A stretch of 64,000 nt of DNA from an uncultured Acidobacteriota bacterium. Its GTDB lineage: Bacteria; Acidobacteriota; Thermoanaerobaculia; Multivoradales; SZUA-115. This document shows, in pieces, positions 51,111-60,473 of the stretch; position 1 is the first letter of the stretch; each line of letters begins with the position of its first letter. A model generated the notes under the pieces. That model saw only the letters and a program-made list of their open reading frames with translations. It had not been told where the DNA came from and searched no databases. Location: positions 768,001 through 832,000 of the forward strand of contig CAWDVR010000001.1 of NCBI GenBank assembly GCA_963805975.1, given 5' to 3'. A program made the position numbers and the translations under genes.

Positions 51111-52379
51111 ATGAAGCGAATCGCCATCCTTGCCTTCGCCTTGGCGTTGGCTGTCGTGGGTGCGTTCGTCGCCAGCGGAGGTCCGGTCTCTCCGGACGCC
51201 TCCATGGCGGCCAAGGCCATGCCAGCCTCGCAGCTCTTCGATCCGCTGGGCCAGGAGGCCGACGTGATCTACCTGCTGGCCAACTCCTCGGTGGTCTTCG
51301 GGCCCGACCCGCACGGCCGCAGCGAGGAGATCACTTTCATCGGCCCGGTGACCGTCCCCAAGTGGCCCATGAAGGGCTACGGCCGCCGCGTCCTTCCGGA
51401 CGGCAGCCAGCAGATCGACATCGAGCTGACCCAGTCCGACCTCACGGGTGAGAGCTATCTGATGGGCGGTCCGGTCATCCTCGGCGAGCACCCCGACCTG
51501 CGCTCGCTGGGAACCATCACCGAGCGTCCCGCGTCGAGCATGCGTCACGCCAGCAACAAGGCCGCGGCCACCAACGACGGCACGGCCGCCAGCGCCGAGA
51601 CCGCCGAAGAGGCCGAGGAAGTTCCGGCCGACTTCGTGGTCAAGCGGAAGGTTCTCCTGACCACCGCCAAGGGCATCCTCTACAACGAGACGGCGGTCCC
51701 GGTTCGTGGCCGCGTCGACGCCATTCCCCCGGTCAAGTTCCAGAGCACCCCGACCGGCGTCAACGTGTTCCGCGGCATGGAGCTGCCCGTTGCGCTGCTC
51801 GACAAGACCGGCAACGTGAACGGCTGGTTCTACAGCAAGGCGCACATGGCCTATGCCGTGAAGCCCGCCGCCATCGAGCGTTCCTTCCTCAAGGGCACGG
51901 TCGCGCTGCGCCAGGGCGACCGCACCGAGAACGTCGCGGTCAGCGGTCCGGTGGAGATCCACCACCTCGCGACCGGCACGTCGAAGAACGACGTCGAGTT
52001 CATGATCCTCGCGCTGCGTGGCCGCTCCGAGCTGCTGGGCGGCGACATCATGGTTTCCGAAACCTTCAGCGATCGCGATCACTTCTCCCGCGGCCAACTC
52101 GCGTGGCAGGGCGGGGGCGCCGGCCAGACCACGGCCGACCTCTTCCTCGACCTCTACACGCCGGCCACCAAGCTCACCACCCGCGAGCCGATCCAGCTCA
52201 AGGGCAACGTGAGCGCGTTCCACGAGGTGGGCAACCTGGACAAGGGCAAGCTCAGCCTGCCGATGTATCTCTCGAACGGGCAGTACTCGAGCTCCGGCGC
52301 ACGGACCCTCTATGACGAGTCCGAGAAGCCGGCGGTCGACGTGGTGAGCATCAACTTCAACCTCACCGAGCGGATGTAG
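51111..52379 (+). CDS. Secreted protein with two tandem beta-rich domains (DUF6073/DUF6004-like, tentative)
   Basis: AAGGAGG RBS; signal peptide; internal repeat LTGESYLMGGPVILGE / LRGRSELLGGDIMVSE. Confidence 0.7.
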   Translation: MKRIAILAFALALAVVGAFVASGGPVSPDASMAAKAMPASQLFDPLGQEADVIYLLANSSVVFGPDPHGRSEEITFIGPVTVPKWPMKGYGRRVLPDGSQQIDIELTQSDLTGESYLMGGPVILGEHPDLRSLGTITERPASSMRHASNKAAATNDGTAASAETAEEAEEVPADFVVKRKVLLTTAKGILYNETAVPVRGRVDAIPPVKFQSTPTGVNVFRGMELPVALLDKTGNVNGWFYSKAHMAYAVKPAAIERSFLKGTVALRQGDRTENVAVSGPVEIHHLATGTSKNDVEFMILALRGRSELLGGDIMVSETFSDRDHFSRGQLAWQGGGAGQTTADLFLDLYTPATKLTTREPIQLKGNVSAFHEVGNLDKGKLSLPMYLSNGQYSSSGARTLYDESEKPAVDVVSINFNLTERM

Positions 52380-52414
52380 CTCGAGCCACCTCGCCCTGGG
52401 AGGGGCCGCGAGCC

Positions 52415-55400
52415 ATGCCGAGGTCCGGCCTCGCTCCAGATCGATCCAAGACCGAAGGCGGGTCCGGCCGCCTTCGTTTTGTTTTTTGGCGGCTGGCGCT
52501 CTGCACGGCGGTGGTGCTGGTCGCGGCTCCGGCCTGGCCCCAGCTCGGCTCCCGGAACGGACCGGCCTCGATCGAGACGCTCGCCGGCGGCGGCCCGGTG
52601 GGGGACGGGGGACCGGCGCTCGCGGCCCGGCTCAACCTGCCGGGCGGCGTGCTCGAGGCGCCGAACGGCGACCTCGTGATCATCGACTTCGGCAACCACC
52701 GCATCCGGCGCGTGGACCGGCAGACTGGGTTGATCGACACCATCGTCGGCACCGGCGAGGCCGGCTACAACGGCGACGGCATCCCGGCGCGGCAGGCGCA
52801 GCTCTCGCGGCCCGAGTACGCCACCTACGGCCCGGAGGGCGACCTCTACATCGCGGATTCCTACAACAACCGGGTGCGCAAGGTGGATCACGCCACGGGC
52901 CTGATCTCCACCGTGGCCGGCAGCGGGGAGCGTGGCGCGGCAGGCGACGGCGGGCCGGCCACCCGGGCGGAGATGCACTTTCCCGAGGGACTGACCCTCG
53001 ACCGCGAGGGCAACCTCTTCATCGGCGACACGGTGAACCGGCGTATCCGCCGGGTGGACGCCAAGACCGGCATCATCACCACCTACGCCGGTTCAGGCGA
53101 GGTCGGCGTCAACCGCGAAGGAACGCCGGCGGCGGAGGCCAAGTTCCTGCGTCTCGCCCGGATCGCCATCGACGGCGCCGGCAACCTCTACGTGGCCGAC
53201 AGCCCCACGCAGCGCATCCTGGTGATCGACGCCGCGACCCGGCAGGTGCGCACCTACGCCGGCACCGGCAAGCCCGGCTTCTCCGGCGACGGCGGGCCCG
53301 CGACCGCGGCCCAGATGCGCTATCCCGAGGGCCTCTTCGTGGCCGGGAACGGCGATCTCTACTTCGCCGACGTGGCCAACCACCGGGTGCGGCGGGTGGA
53401 GGCCAGGACCGGCCTCATCGACACCGTGGCCGGCAACGGCGAGAAGGGCTTCGCCGGCGACGGCGGCCCGGCCCGCGAGGCGCGGCTGTGGAGCCCCGGC
53501 CGCACCTGGCTCGACGCGCAGGGCAACCTCCTGATCTCCGACATCCTCAACTCGCGGATCCGGCGCGTGGACGCCAGGACCGGCGTGATCTCGACCGTGG
53601 CCGGCAGCGGCAGCTTCGGCGACGGCGGCCCGGCCAATCAGGCGGTGCTCTCGGTGCCGGGCGACGTGGTCTATGCGCACGGCAAGGTCTACGTCGCGGA
53701 CTACGGCACGCGGCGGGTGCGGGCCGTGGACCTGGCGAGCGGCGTGATCTCGACCGTGGCCGGCGGCGGCACCGGCTCGGAGGGCGGCATCCCGGCCACC
53801 GAGATCGAGCTGCTGCTGCCCGAGGGCATCGCCGTCGACGGCGGCCGGGCGCTCTACATCGCCGACAACCCGGCGAGCCGGGTGTGGAAGGTGGACCTCG
53901 CGACCGGCATGCTCTCCGTCTTCGCCGGCAGCGGGCAACCGGGCTACTCGGGCGACGGCGGCCCGGCGACGGCGGCCCAGCTCTACCTGCCGGGCGCGGT
54001 CGCCGTCGGAACGGACGGTACGATCTATATCTCCGACTTCGGCAACCAGGCGGTGCGCGTGGTGGATCCCCGGAGCGGCGTGATCCAGACGCTCTCCGCC
54101 GCGCACGCGCCCGGCGAGGGAGACCCGATCCAGGTGGGAGTGGTCAGCCTGGAGTCCACGCCCCAGGGGCTCTACCACTTGGTCCACGATCTCTCCGAGG
54201 TGCATCTTTTCCATCCCGAAGACCGCACGGTCTCCCCGGTTCCGCTGGCGCCAGGGGGCCTGCCGGCGGCGCGCTCCGGCGACACCCAGATGATCGACGT
54301 CGCCGTGCACGGCCGCGAGATCTATCTCGCCGACCCGCTGGGGCACCGCGTGCTCCGCTTCGAGCTGGGCGGCGCCACGGTCGACCTCCTGGCCGGCAAC
54401 GGCGTCCAGGGCTTCGCCGGCGATGGCGGCCCGGCGACCCAGGCCTCGCTCTTCCAGCCCGGCGGCGTGACGGTGAGCGAGGACGGCCGCGAGGTGTTCA
54501 TCGCCGATACCAAGAACCAGCGCATCCGGCGCGTGCGCCTGCCGGCGCCCGAGCGCCAGGCCGCGGGCCGCCGCGGCATCCATTCCTACGAGCTCTCGAA
54601 CGGCCTCGACCTGGTGGTCGCCGTGGCCCCGGAGCTCGATCTGGCAGCGGTGAACCTGACGGCGGCGATCGGCTCGATCGACGATCCGCCGGCGCAGTCC
54701 GGAATGGCGCACCTCTTGGAGCACGTCACCCTGGGCGGCTCGGTGGCGCTGGGCTCGCTCGACCCGCCGGCCGAGGCGGCGGCGCTCGCGCACCTCGACC
54801 GCGCCGATCGCAAGCTCCGCGAGGCGCGGCACGGTGGCGGGTCCTCGGTGGCGCCTGCCGGCACGCCGAGCCAGACCGAGGGGCCCGACCCCGACACCCT
54901 GGCAGCGCTCGAACGGGACTACGGCCAGGCGCTCGAGGCGGCGCGCAAGCTGGCGGAGAGCGGCGAGATCCTGGGCGGGCGCCTGGAGGCCAAGGGAGGG
55001 ATCGGTCTCAACGCCACCACCGGCAACGACGTCACCCAGTACTTCGGCTGGATGCCCGTCGAGCACTTGGAATACTGGCTCTCGCTCGAGGCCGATCGCC
55101 TGCAGAACCCGGTGTTCCGCCGCTTCTACAGCGAGCGCGAGGTGGTGTTGCAGGAGATCGAGGTGCTGACCGGCGGGCGCACGACCCTCCAGGACCGGGT
55201 GATGCAACAGGTCTTCCCCGGCGGGCCGCAGGCGCAGCCGCCGGCCGGCGATCCGGCGGAGACGCGCGACATCGACCGGCCGCTGGCGCTCGACTTCTTC
55301 TCCCGCTTCTATCGGCCCGAGAACCTGGCGCTGGCGGTGGTGGGCAACGTCGATCCCGCGGTGGTTCGGCGGCTGGCCGAACGCCATCTCGGCGCTTGGA

Positions 55401-55996
55401 AACCGGCCGCGGCCGGCGGGCCGCTGCCGGCGCCGAGCGAAAGCTCCACGGCGGCGCCGCGTGTCGCCAAGTTCAACAGCGTGCGCGCGCCGTTCGTCTA
55501 CTTCGCCTTTCCCAGGCCTGCTCTCACCGGGCAGGAGAAGGCCGGGCTCGAGGTGCTCGCCGAGCTCTTCAACTCGCCCGAGCTCTCGCCCTTGAAGCGG
55601 CGCCTGCTGGGCGAGGCAGGGATCGCCTGGGACGTGTTCGCCGAGGCCCTCTACCCCTCGCAGAAGCGGCCGGGCGCCTTCCTGCTACGGGTGAGCGGCA
55701 ACGGCGGGGTCGAGCACGAGGCGTTGATCCGCGAAGCCACCGGCGTGCTGCGGGCGCTCGATTCGACGCCCGAGGAGGATCTCGCCGGCGCGATCCTGCA
55801 AGCGGAGCTGCGCCTCGCGACCGAGCTCGACGATCCGCCCACGCTCGCCGCCCTTCTGGCACAGAATCAGGCGGTGCACGGCAACTGGAGCCTGCCCTTC
55901 GACCGGCTGGAGACCCTGCGCCACCTGACGCCCGCCGAGGTGCGCCGCACGGCGCAGAAGGTGCTCCAAGTGCCCGCGGACGGAGGAGGAAGCTGA
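52415..55996 (+). CDS. NHL-repeat beta-propeller fused to an M16 (insulinase) metallopeptidase
   Basis: About 12 GDGGPA-type NHL blades, then YELSNGL, GMAHLLEH, NATT, EREVVLQE, YRPENLALAVVGNVD. Confidence 0.88.
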   Translation: MPRSGLAPDRSKTEGGSGRLRFVFWRLALCTAVVLVAAPAWPQLGSRNGPASIETLAGGGPVGDGGPALAARLNLPGGVLEAPNGDLVIIDFGNHRIRRVDRQTGLIDTIVGTGEAGYNGDGIPARQAQLSRPEYATYGPEGDLYIADSYNNRVRKVDHATGLISTVAGSGERGAAGDGGPATRAEMHFPEGLTLDREGNLFIGDTVNRRIRRVDAKTGIITTYAGSGEVGVNREGTPAAEAKFLRLARIAIDGAGNLYVADSPTQRILVIDAATRQVRTYAGTGKPGFSGDGGPATAAQMRYPEGLFVAGNGDLYFADVANHRVRRVEARTGLIDTVAGNGEKGFAGDGGPAREARLWSPGRTWLDAQGNLLISDILNSRIRRVDARTGVISTVAGSGSFGDGGPANQAVLSVPGDVVYAHGKVYVADYGTRRVRAVDLASGVISTVAGGGTGSEGGIPATEIELLLPEGIAVDGGRALYIADNPASRVWKVDLATGMLSVFAGSGQPGYSGDGGPATAAQLYLPGAVAVGTDGTIYISDFGNQAVRVVDPRSGVIQTLSAAHAPGEGDPIQVGVVSLESTPQGLYHLVHDLSEVHLFHPEDRTVSPVPLAPGGLPAARSGDTQMIDVAVHGREIYLADPLGHRVLRFELGGATVDLLAGNGVQGFAGDGGPATQASLFQPGGVTVSEDGREVFIADTKNQRIRRVRLPAPERQAAGRRGIHSYELSNGLDLVVAVAPELDLAAVNLTAAIGSIDDPPAQSGMAHLLEHVTLGGSVALGSLDPPAEAAALAHLDRADRKLREARHGGGSSVAPAGTPSQTEGPDPDTLAALERDYGQALEAARKLAESGEILGGRLEAKGGIGLNATTGNDVTQYFGWMPVEHLEYWLSLEADRLQNPVFRRFYSEREVVLQEIEVLTGGRTTLQDRVMQQVFPGGPQAQPPAGDPAETRDIDRPLALDFFSRFYRPENLALAVVGNVDPAVVRRLAERHLGAWKPAAAGGPLPAPSESSTAAPRVAKFNSVRAPFVYFAFPRPALTGQEKAGLEVLAELFNSPELSPLKRRLLGEAGIAWDVFAEALYPSQKRPGAFLLRVSGNGGVEHEALIREATGVLRALDSTPEEDLAGAILQAELRLATELDDPPTLAALLAQNQAVHGNWSLPFDRLETLRHLTPAEVRRTAQKVLQVPADGGGS

Positions 55997-55998
55997 CG

Positions 55999-57333
55999 AT
56001 GACGGGTGCCCTCCTGGGGCTCGTCCTTGCCGGCTGGGCCGTGGTGCCCGCCACGGTCGAGGCGCCGCCCGGCCTGGCGGCTTTCGAGCAGCTGACCCTG
56101 GACAACGGCCTCCGGGTGCTGCTCGGCACCCCGGCGCGGCCGGTGGAGCTCACCGAGGCCCTGCTCGTGGTCGAAGCGGGAACCCGCTCGCAGGGCTCGG
56201 GTGAGGAAGAGAGCGCCCGTGTGGCCGCCGAGGCCTTCTTGGGCGGCAGGCTGGCCGGCCAGGAAACGACGATCCGGCGCCAGCTCGCACGATCCGGCAT
56301 CACGCTGGACTACACCGTGGGCCGCGAGGTCGCGGTGTTCCGCTTCGCGGCGCCGGAGCGGCAGAGCGGCGCGCTGGTGCGGGCGCTGGCCGGGTTGCTG
56401 CGCCGCGAGAGCCCGGCCCCGGCCGTCTGGGAACAGGCGGTCGAGGCGCGGAAGCTCGCTGCCGCCGCCGAGGAAGCCGATCCCTGGCAGCGTTCGCTCG
56501 AGACGCTCGACGGCCTCCTCTGGCACGAGCCCGAAAGCGATCGCCGAGACGCTGGCGCCGCCCCCGACCTCGCCCGCCTCGAAGCCTTCCGCACCGCAAC
56601 CTACCGGCCGGACCGCATGGTGATCGCCCTGTGGGGCAAGGCCTCGGCGGCCGAGCTCGGCGCGCTGGTACGCGACGAGCTCGCGGCCCTCGCCACGGCG
56701 ACCGGCGGTGCGCCGGAGCCGGAGCCGGCCGAGCCCGAGCTGCGGCCGGCGGGTGGACTCCGTTGCCTGACCGATCCCGCCGCCCAGCCACCGGCCCTGC
56801 TGGTCGGTTTGGGCGCCGAGCTGCCGGACGACCGCGCTTTCTACGGCTGGCAGCTCCTGGCCCACATCCTGGGCGCCAGCCACACCTCGCGCCTCCACGA
56901 GCGCCTGCGGGTGCGCGAGCCCTTCGTCTACACGGTGGAGGCCACCTGCAGCCCGGTGGGCAGCCGCGGGATGACGCTCCGCATCAGTGCCCAGACCGCG
57001 GAGCTGGAGCGCGCTCGCCAGGTGGTGATGGAGGAGCTGCGGCGCCTGGTGAGCGAAGAGGTGTCGCAGCAGGAGCTGGACTTGGCGCGCGCCATCTTCA
57101 GGAGCCGGCTGCTCCTCGACCAGGGCTCGTTCCGCGACCAGTTCTACCGCCGGGCGCTGGCGCTGCTCTCCCCTCGGCCGCCCCGGGACCTGGCGCCCGC
57201 CGCGGTGGAGCTCGACGCGCTGACCCCGGCCTCGCTCCTCGCCATTCTGCGCCGCACGCTGCGGCCGGATCTCGCGACCACAGTCGTCGTCTCCGCCGCG
57301 GCCGAGCCGCTCTGCGAAAGGGCGCCGTCGTGA
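55999..57333 (+). CDS. M16 family non-catalytic subunit
   Basis: LTLDNGLRVL, YRPDRMVIALWG, SRLHERLRVREPFVY (R/Y pair); lacks HXXEH. Confidence 0.8.
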   Translation: MTGALLGLVLAGWAVVPATVEAPPGLAAFEQLTLDNGLRVLLGTPARPVELTEALLVVEAGTRSQGSGEEESARVAAEAFLGGRLAGQETTIRRQLARSGITLDYTVGREVAVFRFAAPERQSGALVRALAGLLRRESPAPAVWEQAVEARKLAAAAEEADPWQRSLETLDGLLWHEPESDRRDAGAAPDLARLEAFRTATYRPDRMVIALWGKASAAELGALVRDELAALATATGGAPEPEPAEPELRPAGGLRCLTDPAAQPPALLVGLGAELPDDRAFYGWQLLAHILGASHTSRLHERLRVREPFVYTVEATCSPVGSRGMTLRISAQTAELERARQVVMEELRRLVSEEVSQQELDLARAIFRSRLLLDQGSFRDQFYRRALALLSPRPPRDLAPAAVELDALTPASLLAILRRTLRPDLATTVVVSAAAEPLCERAPS

Positions 57334-58436
57334 GCCCGGCGGTACGGCGCCGGCTGGTCTGGAGCGGGCTGATCTGGGGCCGGCTGGCTTGTGGGCTGAG
57401 CCTGGCGCTGGTCGCCGGCTCGTCCTGGTGGGCCGTGGTCGCCGGCGGCGACCCGATGGACCTCGCGTCCGCGCACGCCCTCTTCCGCCTGCCGCCGGTC
57501 GGGGCGCCGGAGGAGAACCCGATCACCGAGGCCAAGGTGAAGCTGGGGAGGAAGCTTTTCTTCGATCCCGGCCTGTCGGCCGACGGCTCGGTGAGCTGCG
57601 CCTCCTGCCACCGGCCGGAACGCTTCTTCGCCGACGACCGGCCGCTCTCCTTCGGCATCGGCCACGCGGCCGGCGACCGCAACGTGCCGACGCTGCTCAA
57701 CGCGGTCTACTCTTCGAGCCTGATGTGGGACGGCCGCTCGACCAGCCTCGAGGACCAGGTCCGCTATCCGGTCACCCACCCGAACGAGATGAGCATGACG
57801 CCGGAGAAGGTCGAGGACTACCTCGCGGCGAGCCCGGAGTACACGGCGCTCTTCCAGGAGGCCTTCGACGAGGACTGGATCGGCTGGGAGCAGATCTGCC
57901 AGGCGCTCGCCGCCTTCGAGCGCACGCTCCTCTCCGGCAACGCGCCCTTCGACCGCTTCCTGGCCGGGGATGCCGGCGCCGTGCCGCCGGCGGCGCGCCG
58001 CGGCTGGGAGCTGTTCCGCGGCAAGGCGGGCTGCGTGAGCTGCCATCACCACAGCGCCGAGCAGCCGTTCTTCACCGACTTCGAGTTCCACAACGCGGGC
58101 GTGGGCTGGTCGGCGGAGAAGCCGGACCTCGGCCGCTACCAGATCTCCAAGGCGCGCGAGGACAAGGGTGCCTTCCGGACCCCCAGCCTGCGCAACGTGG
58201 CGATGACCGCGCCCTACATGCACGACGGCAGCCTGCCGGACCTGGCGGCGGTCCTCGAGCACTACGTCAAGGGAGGGGAGCCCAACCCCCTCCTCGACCT
58301 CCGCATCCGCCCGCTGGACCTGAGCGCGGGAGAGAAGCTGGACCTGATCGCGTTCCTGGAGTCGCTGACCGGCGAGATGAGCTACACGCCCGACCCGACG
58401 ATGGTCACGGCGAGCCGGGGCGCTCCCGACCCCTGA
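57330..58436 (+). CDS. Di-heme cytochrome c peroxidase / MauG family protein
   Basis: LGRKLFFDP, CASCH, RNVPTL, WDGR, CVSCH, FRTPSLRNVAMTAPYMHDG; GTGA overlap with the upstream gene. Confidence 0.92.
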   Translation: MSPAVRRRLVWSGLIWGRLACGLSLALVAGSSWWAVVAGGDPMDLASAHALFRLPPVGAPEENPITEAKVKLGRKLFFDPGLSADGSVSCASCHRPERFFADDRPLSFGIGHAAGDRNVPTLLNAVYSSSLMWDGRSTSLEDQVRYPVTHPNEMSMTPEKVEDYLAASPEYTALFQEAFDEDWIGWEQICQALAAFERTLLSGNAPFDRFLAGDAGAVPPAARRGWELFRGKAGCVSCHHHSAEQPFFTDFEFHNAGVGWSAEKPDLGRYQISKAREDKGAFRTPSLRNVAMTAPYMHDGSLPDLAAVLEHYVKGGEPNPLLDLRIRPLDLSAGEKLDLIAFLESLTGEMSYTPDPTMVTASRGAPDP

Positions 58437-58443
58437 GGAGAGG

Positions 58444-60441
58444 ATGATGCGCAGCCGACGGACGTTCTCCTTCCTTGTCTTGCCCGTGCTCTCGTTGCTG
58501 GGGGCGACGGCGCTCCTCGCCTGGGGCGAGAGCCAGGGCAGCGGCCGGCTGCGGGTCCCCGTCTACACCGCGGGCGGCCGGGTCGAGCTGGTCGCTGGCG
58601 CCGGCAACGTGCGCGACGGCGGCAAGGCGATCGAGGCCGTGATCACCGGCGTCGCCGGCCTGGCCGCGGACCGGGAAGGCAACCTCTACTTCAGCGACTC
58701 CGGCCACGGCCGTGTGCGCAAGATCGACGCGCGGACGGGCACCATCTCGACCGTCGCCGGCAACGGCCTGCTGATCAGCGAGGAGAGCTCGCTCCTCGCC
58801 ACCGAGCAGGCGCTGCGCACTCCCGGGCCGCTCGCCCTGGACGCCGAGAAGGGCCTGCTCTACGTGGGCGAGGTGGCCGGCCGCCGGGTACAGAGGATCG
58901 ATCTCGCGAGCGGCACCGCCCAGGAGCTGCCGGTGCCGGAGGGCGGCGGCTTCGGCAAGATCAGCGGCCTGGTCTGGACCCCGACCGGCCTGGTGGTGGC
59001 CGACGCCGAGCGCGGCCAGATCCTGAAGCTGGTCCGCAGCCTGTGGATCGACATGCTGCCGGCGGGCGCGGAGCTCAGGGGAGGCATCCGCTCCCTGGCG
59101 CGCGACGGCGTGGGCCACCTCTACCTGAGCGAGCCCGAGGGCCACCGCGTGCTCAAGCTCGACACCAACAGCGGCCAGCTCACCCCCTACCTGGGCACCG
59201 GCCAGGCCGGCAAGGGAAGCGGCGGCGGGCCCGCGGCGGCCACCGCGATCACCGCGCCGGACGGCCTGGCGTTCGACGCCGCAGGCAACCTGCTGGTGGC
59301 GGACCTCGGCAACCAGCGCATCCTCGAGGTGAACGGGCAGACCGGGGAGGCGACGGTCCGCCATCAGTCGACCGCCGCCAAGGGCAGCATCCTCGAATGG
59401 AGCCCCGGTTCGCTGGCGCTCGACGGCCAGGGCAACCTGTGGCTGGGCGACGTGCACCGGGACCGCGTGCTGCGCTTCGTCGTCGGCGCCACCCAGCCGG
59501 ACGTGATCGCCGGCGGTGCCGGCCTCGGCGACGGCGGCCCGGCCACCGCGGCCCATCTCGCCCAGCCCGGAAGCGTGGTGGCGGACCGCCGGGGCAACGT
59601 CTACATCTCGGACACGCTGCACCACCGGGTGCGGGTGGTCGAGGCCGAGAGCGGCAGCATCCGCACGCTGGTCGGCACCGGCAGCCCCGGCTTCAACGGC
59701 GACGGACTTCCCGGCGCCGAGACCCGGCTCGCCTACCCGGCGCAGCTCCAGCTCGACGAGGCGGGCCGGCTCTACATCGGCGACGACCACAACCATCGCG
59801 TGCGGCTCTACGACCCGGCCACGGACAAGGTCTCGACCCTGGCCGGGAACGGGGAGGTGGGGGAGGCGGGGGACGGCGGCCCGGCCAAGGACGCGTCGCT
59901 CTCCCACCCGTATGGCATCTACCTCGACGGGCCCGACACGCTGGTGGTGGCGAGCGCCGTGAGCTCGACGCTGCGGCGCATCGACCTGCGCAGCGGCCGC
60001 ATCTGGCACGTGCCGCTCCAGGACCCGACCGTGCCGGCGGACCGGGTGATCCAGGGCCTCGGCCGCTGGGACGGCATGCTGCTGCTGGCCATGCCGCGGC
60101 CGTCGCCCGGCTCGATCGACCTGCTGAGCAGGACCGGCAAGCTGACCCGCCTGTTCTCGGCACCGGACGTCGAGTCCCCCTACGGTGCCGCGGTCTCGCC
60201 GGAGGAAGAGCTCTTCGTCTGCGACACGGGCCGCAACCAGGTGCTGCGGTGGACGGGCCGGACGATGGAGGTGGTGGCGGAAGGCCTCGGCCAGCCGCGC
60301 GCCATCAGCTTCGATCCCCGGGGCAACCTGCTGGTGGCCGACACTCTCCACAACCGCGTGCTGCGCATCCTCCTGCACGAGCCGCCGGGCGTGCTGGCCT
60401 CCAACCCGCCGGCCACCTTCGCCTCGCCCAGCACGGTCTGA
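58444..60441 (+). CDS. Secreted NHL-repeat beta-propeller protein
   Basis: Signal peptide; repeats GNLYFSDSGHGRVRKID, GDGGPA, GNLLVADTLHNRV. Confidence 0.88.
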   Translation: MMRSRRTFSFLVLPVLSLLGATALLAWGESQGSGRLRVPVYTAGGRVELVAGAGNVRDGGKAIEAVITGVAGLAADREGNLYFSDSGHGRVRKIDARTGTISTVAGNGLLISEESSLLATEQALRTPGPLALDAEKGLLYVGEVAGRRVQRIDLASGTAQELPVPEGGGFGKISGLVWTPTGLVVADAERGQILKLVRSLWIDMLPAGAELRGGIRSLARDGVGHLYLSEPEGHRVLKLDTNSGQLTPYLGTGQAGKGSGGGPAAATAITAPDGLAFDAAGNLLVADLGNQRILEVNGQTGEATVRHQSTAAKGSILEWSPGSLALDGQGNLWLGDVHRDRVLRFVVGATQPDVIAGGAGLGDGGPATAAHLAQPGSVVADRRGNVYISDTLHHRVRVVEAESGSIRTLVGTGSPGFNGDGLPGAETRLAYPAQLQLDEAGRLYIGDDHNHRVRLYDPATDKVSTLAGNGEVGEAGDGGPAKDASLSHPYGIYLDGPDTLVVASAVSSTLRRIDLRSGRIWHVPLQDPTVPADRVIQGLGRWDGMLLLAMPRPSPGSIDLLSRTGKLTRLFSAPDVESPYGAAVSPEEELFVCDTGRNQVLRWTGRTMEVVAEGLGQPRAISFDPRGNLLVADTLHNRVLRILLHEPPGVLASNPPATFASPSTV

Positions 60442-60473
60442 GACCGCCGCCGCCCCAGCCGCCCCCGCCGACC

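Noticed and set aside
52590-54440. Recurrent GGCGACGGCGGCCCGGC-like DNA repeats at about 170-nt spacing as a possible CRISPR array
   Set aside because: They are in-frame GDGGPA codons of NHL blades, degenerate at third positions, and no cas genes are present.
52486-57333. 1615-aa ORF overlapping the NHL-M16 gene
   Set aside because: The first ~1170 aa are Arg/Pro/Gly-rich shadow frame typical of high-GC DNA. Only the part from ATG 55999 is protein-like.
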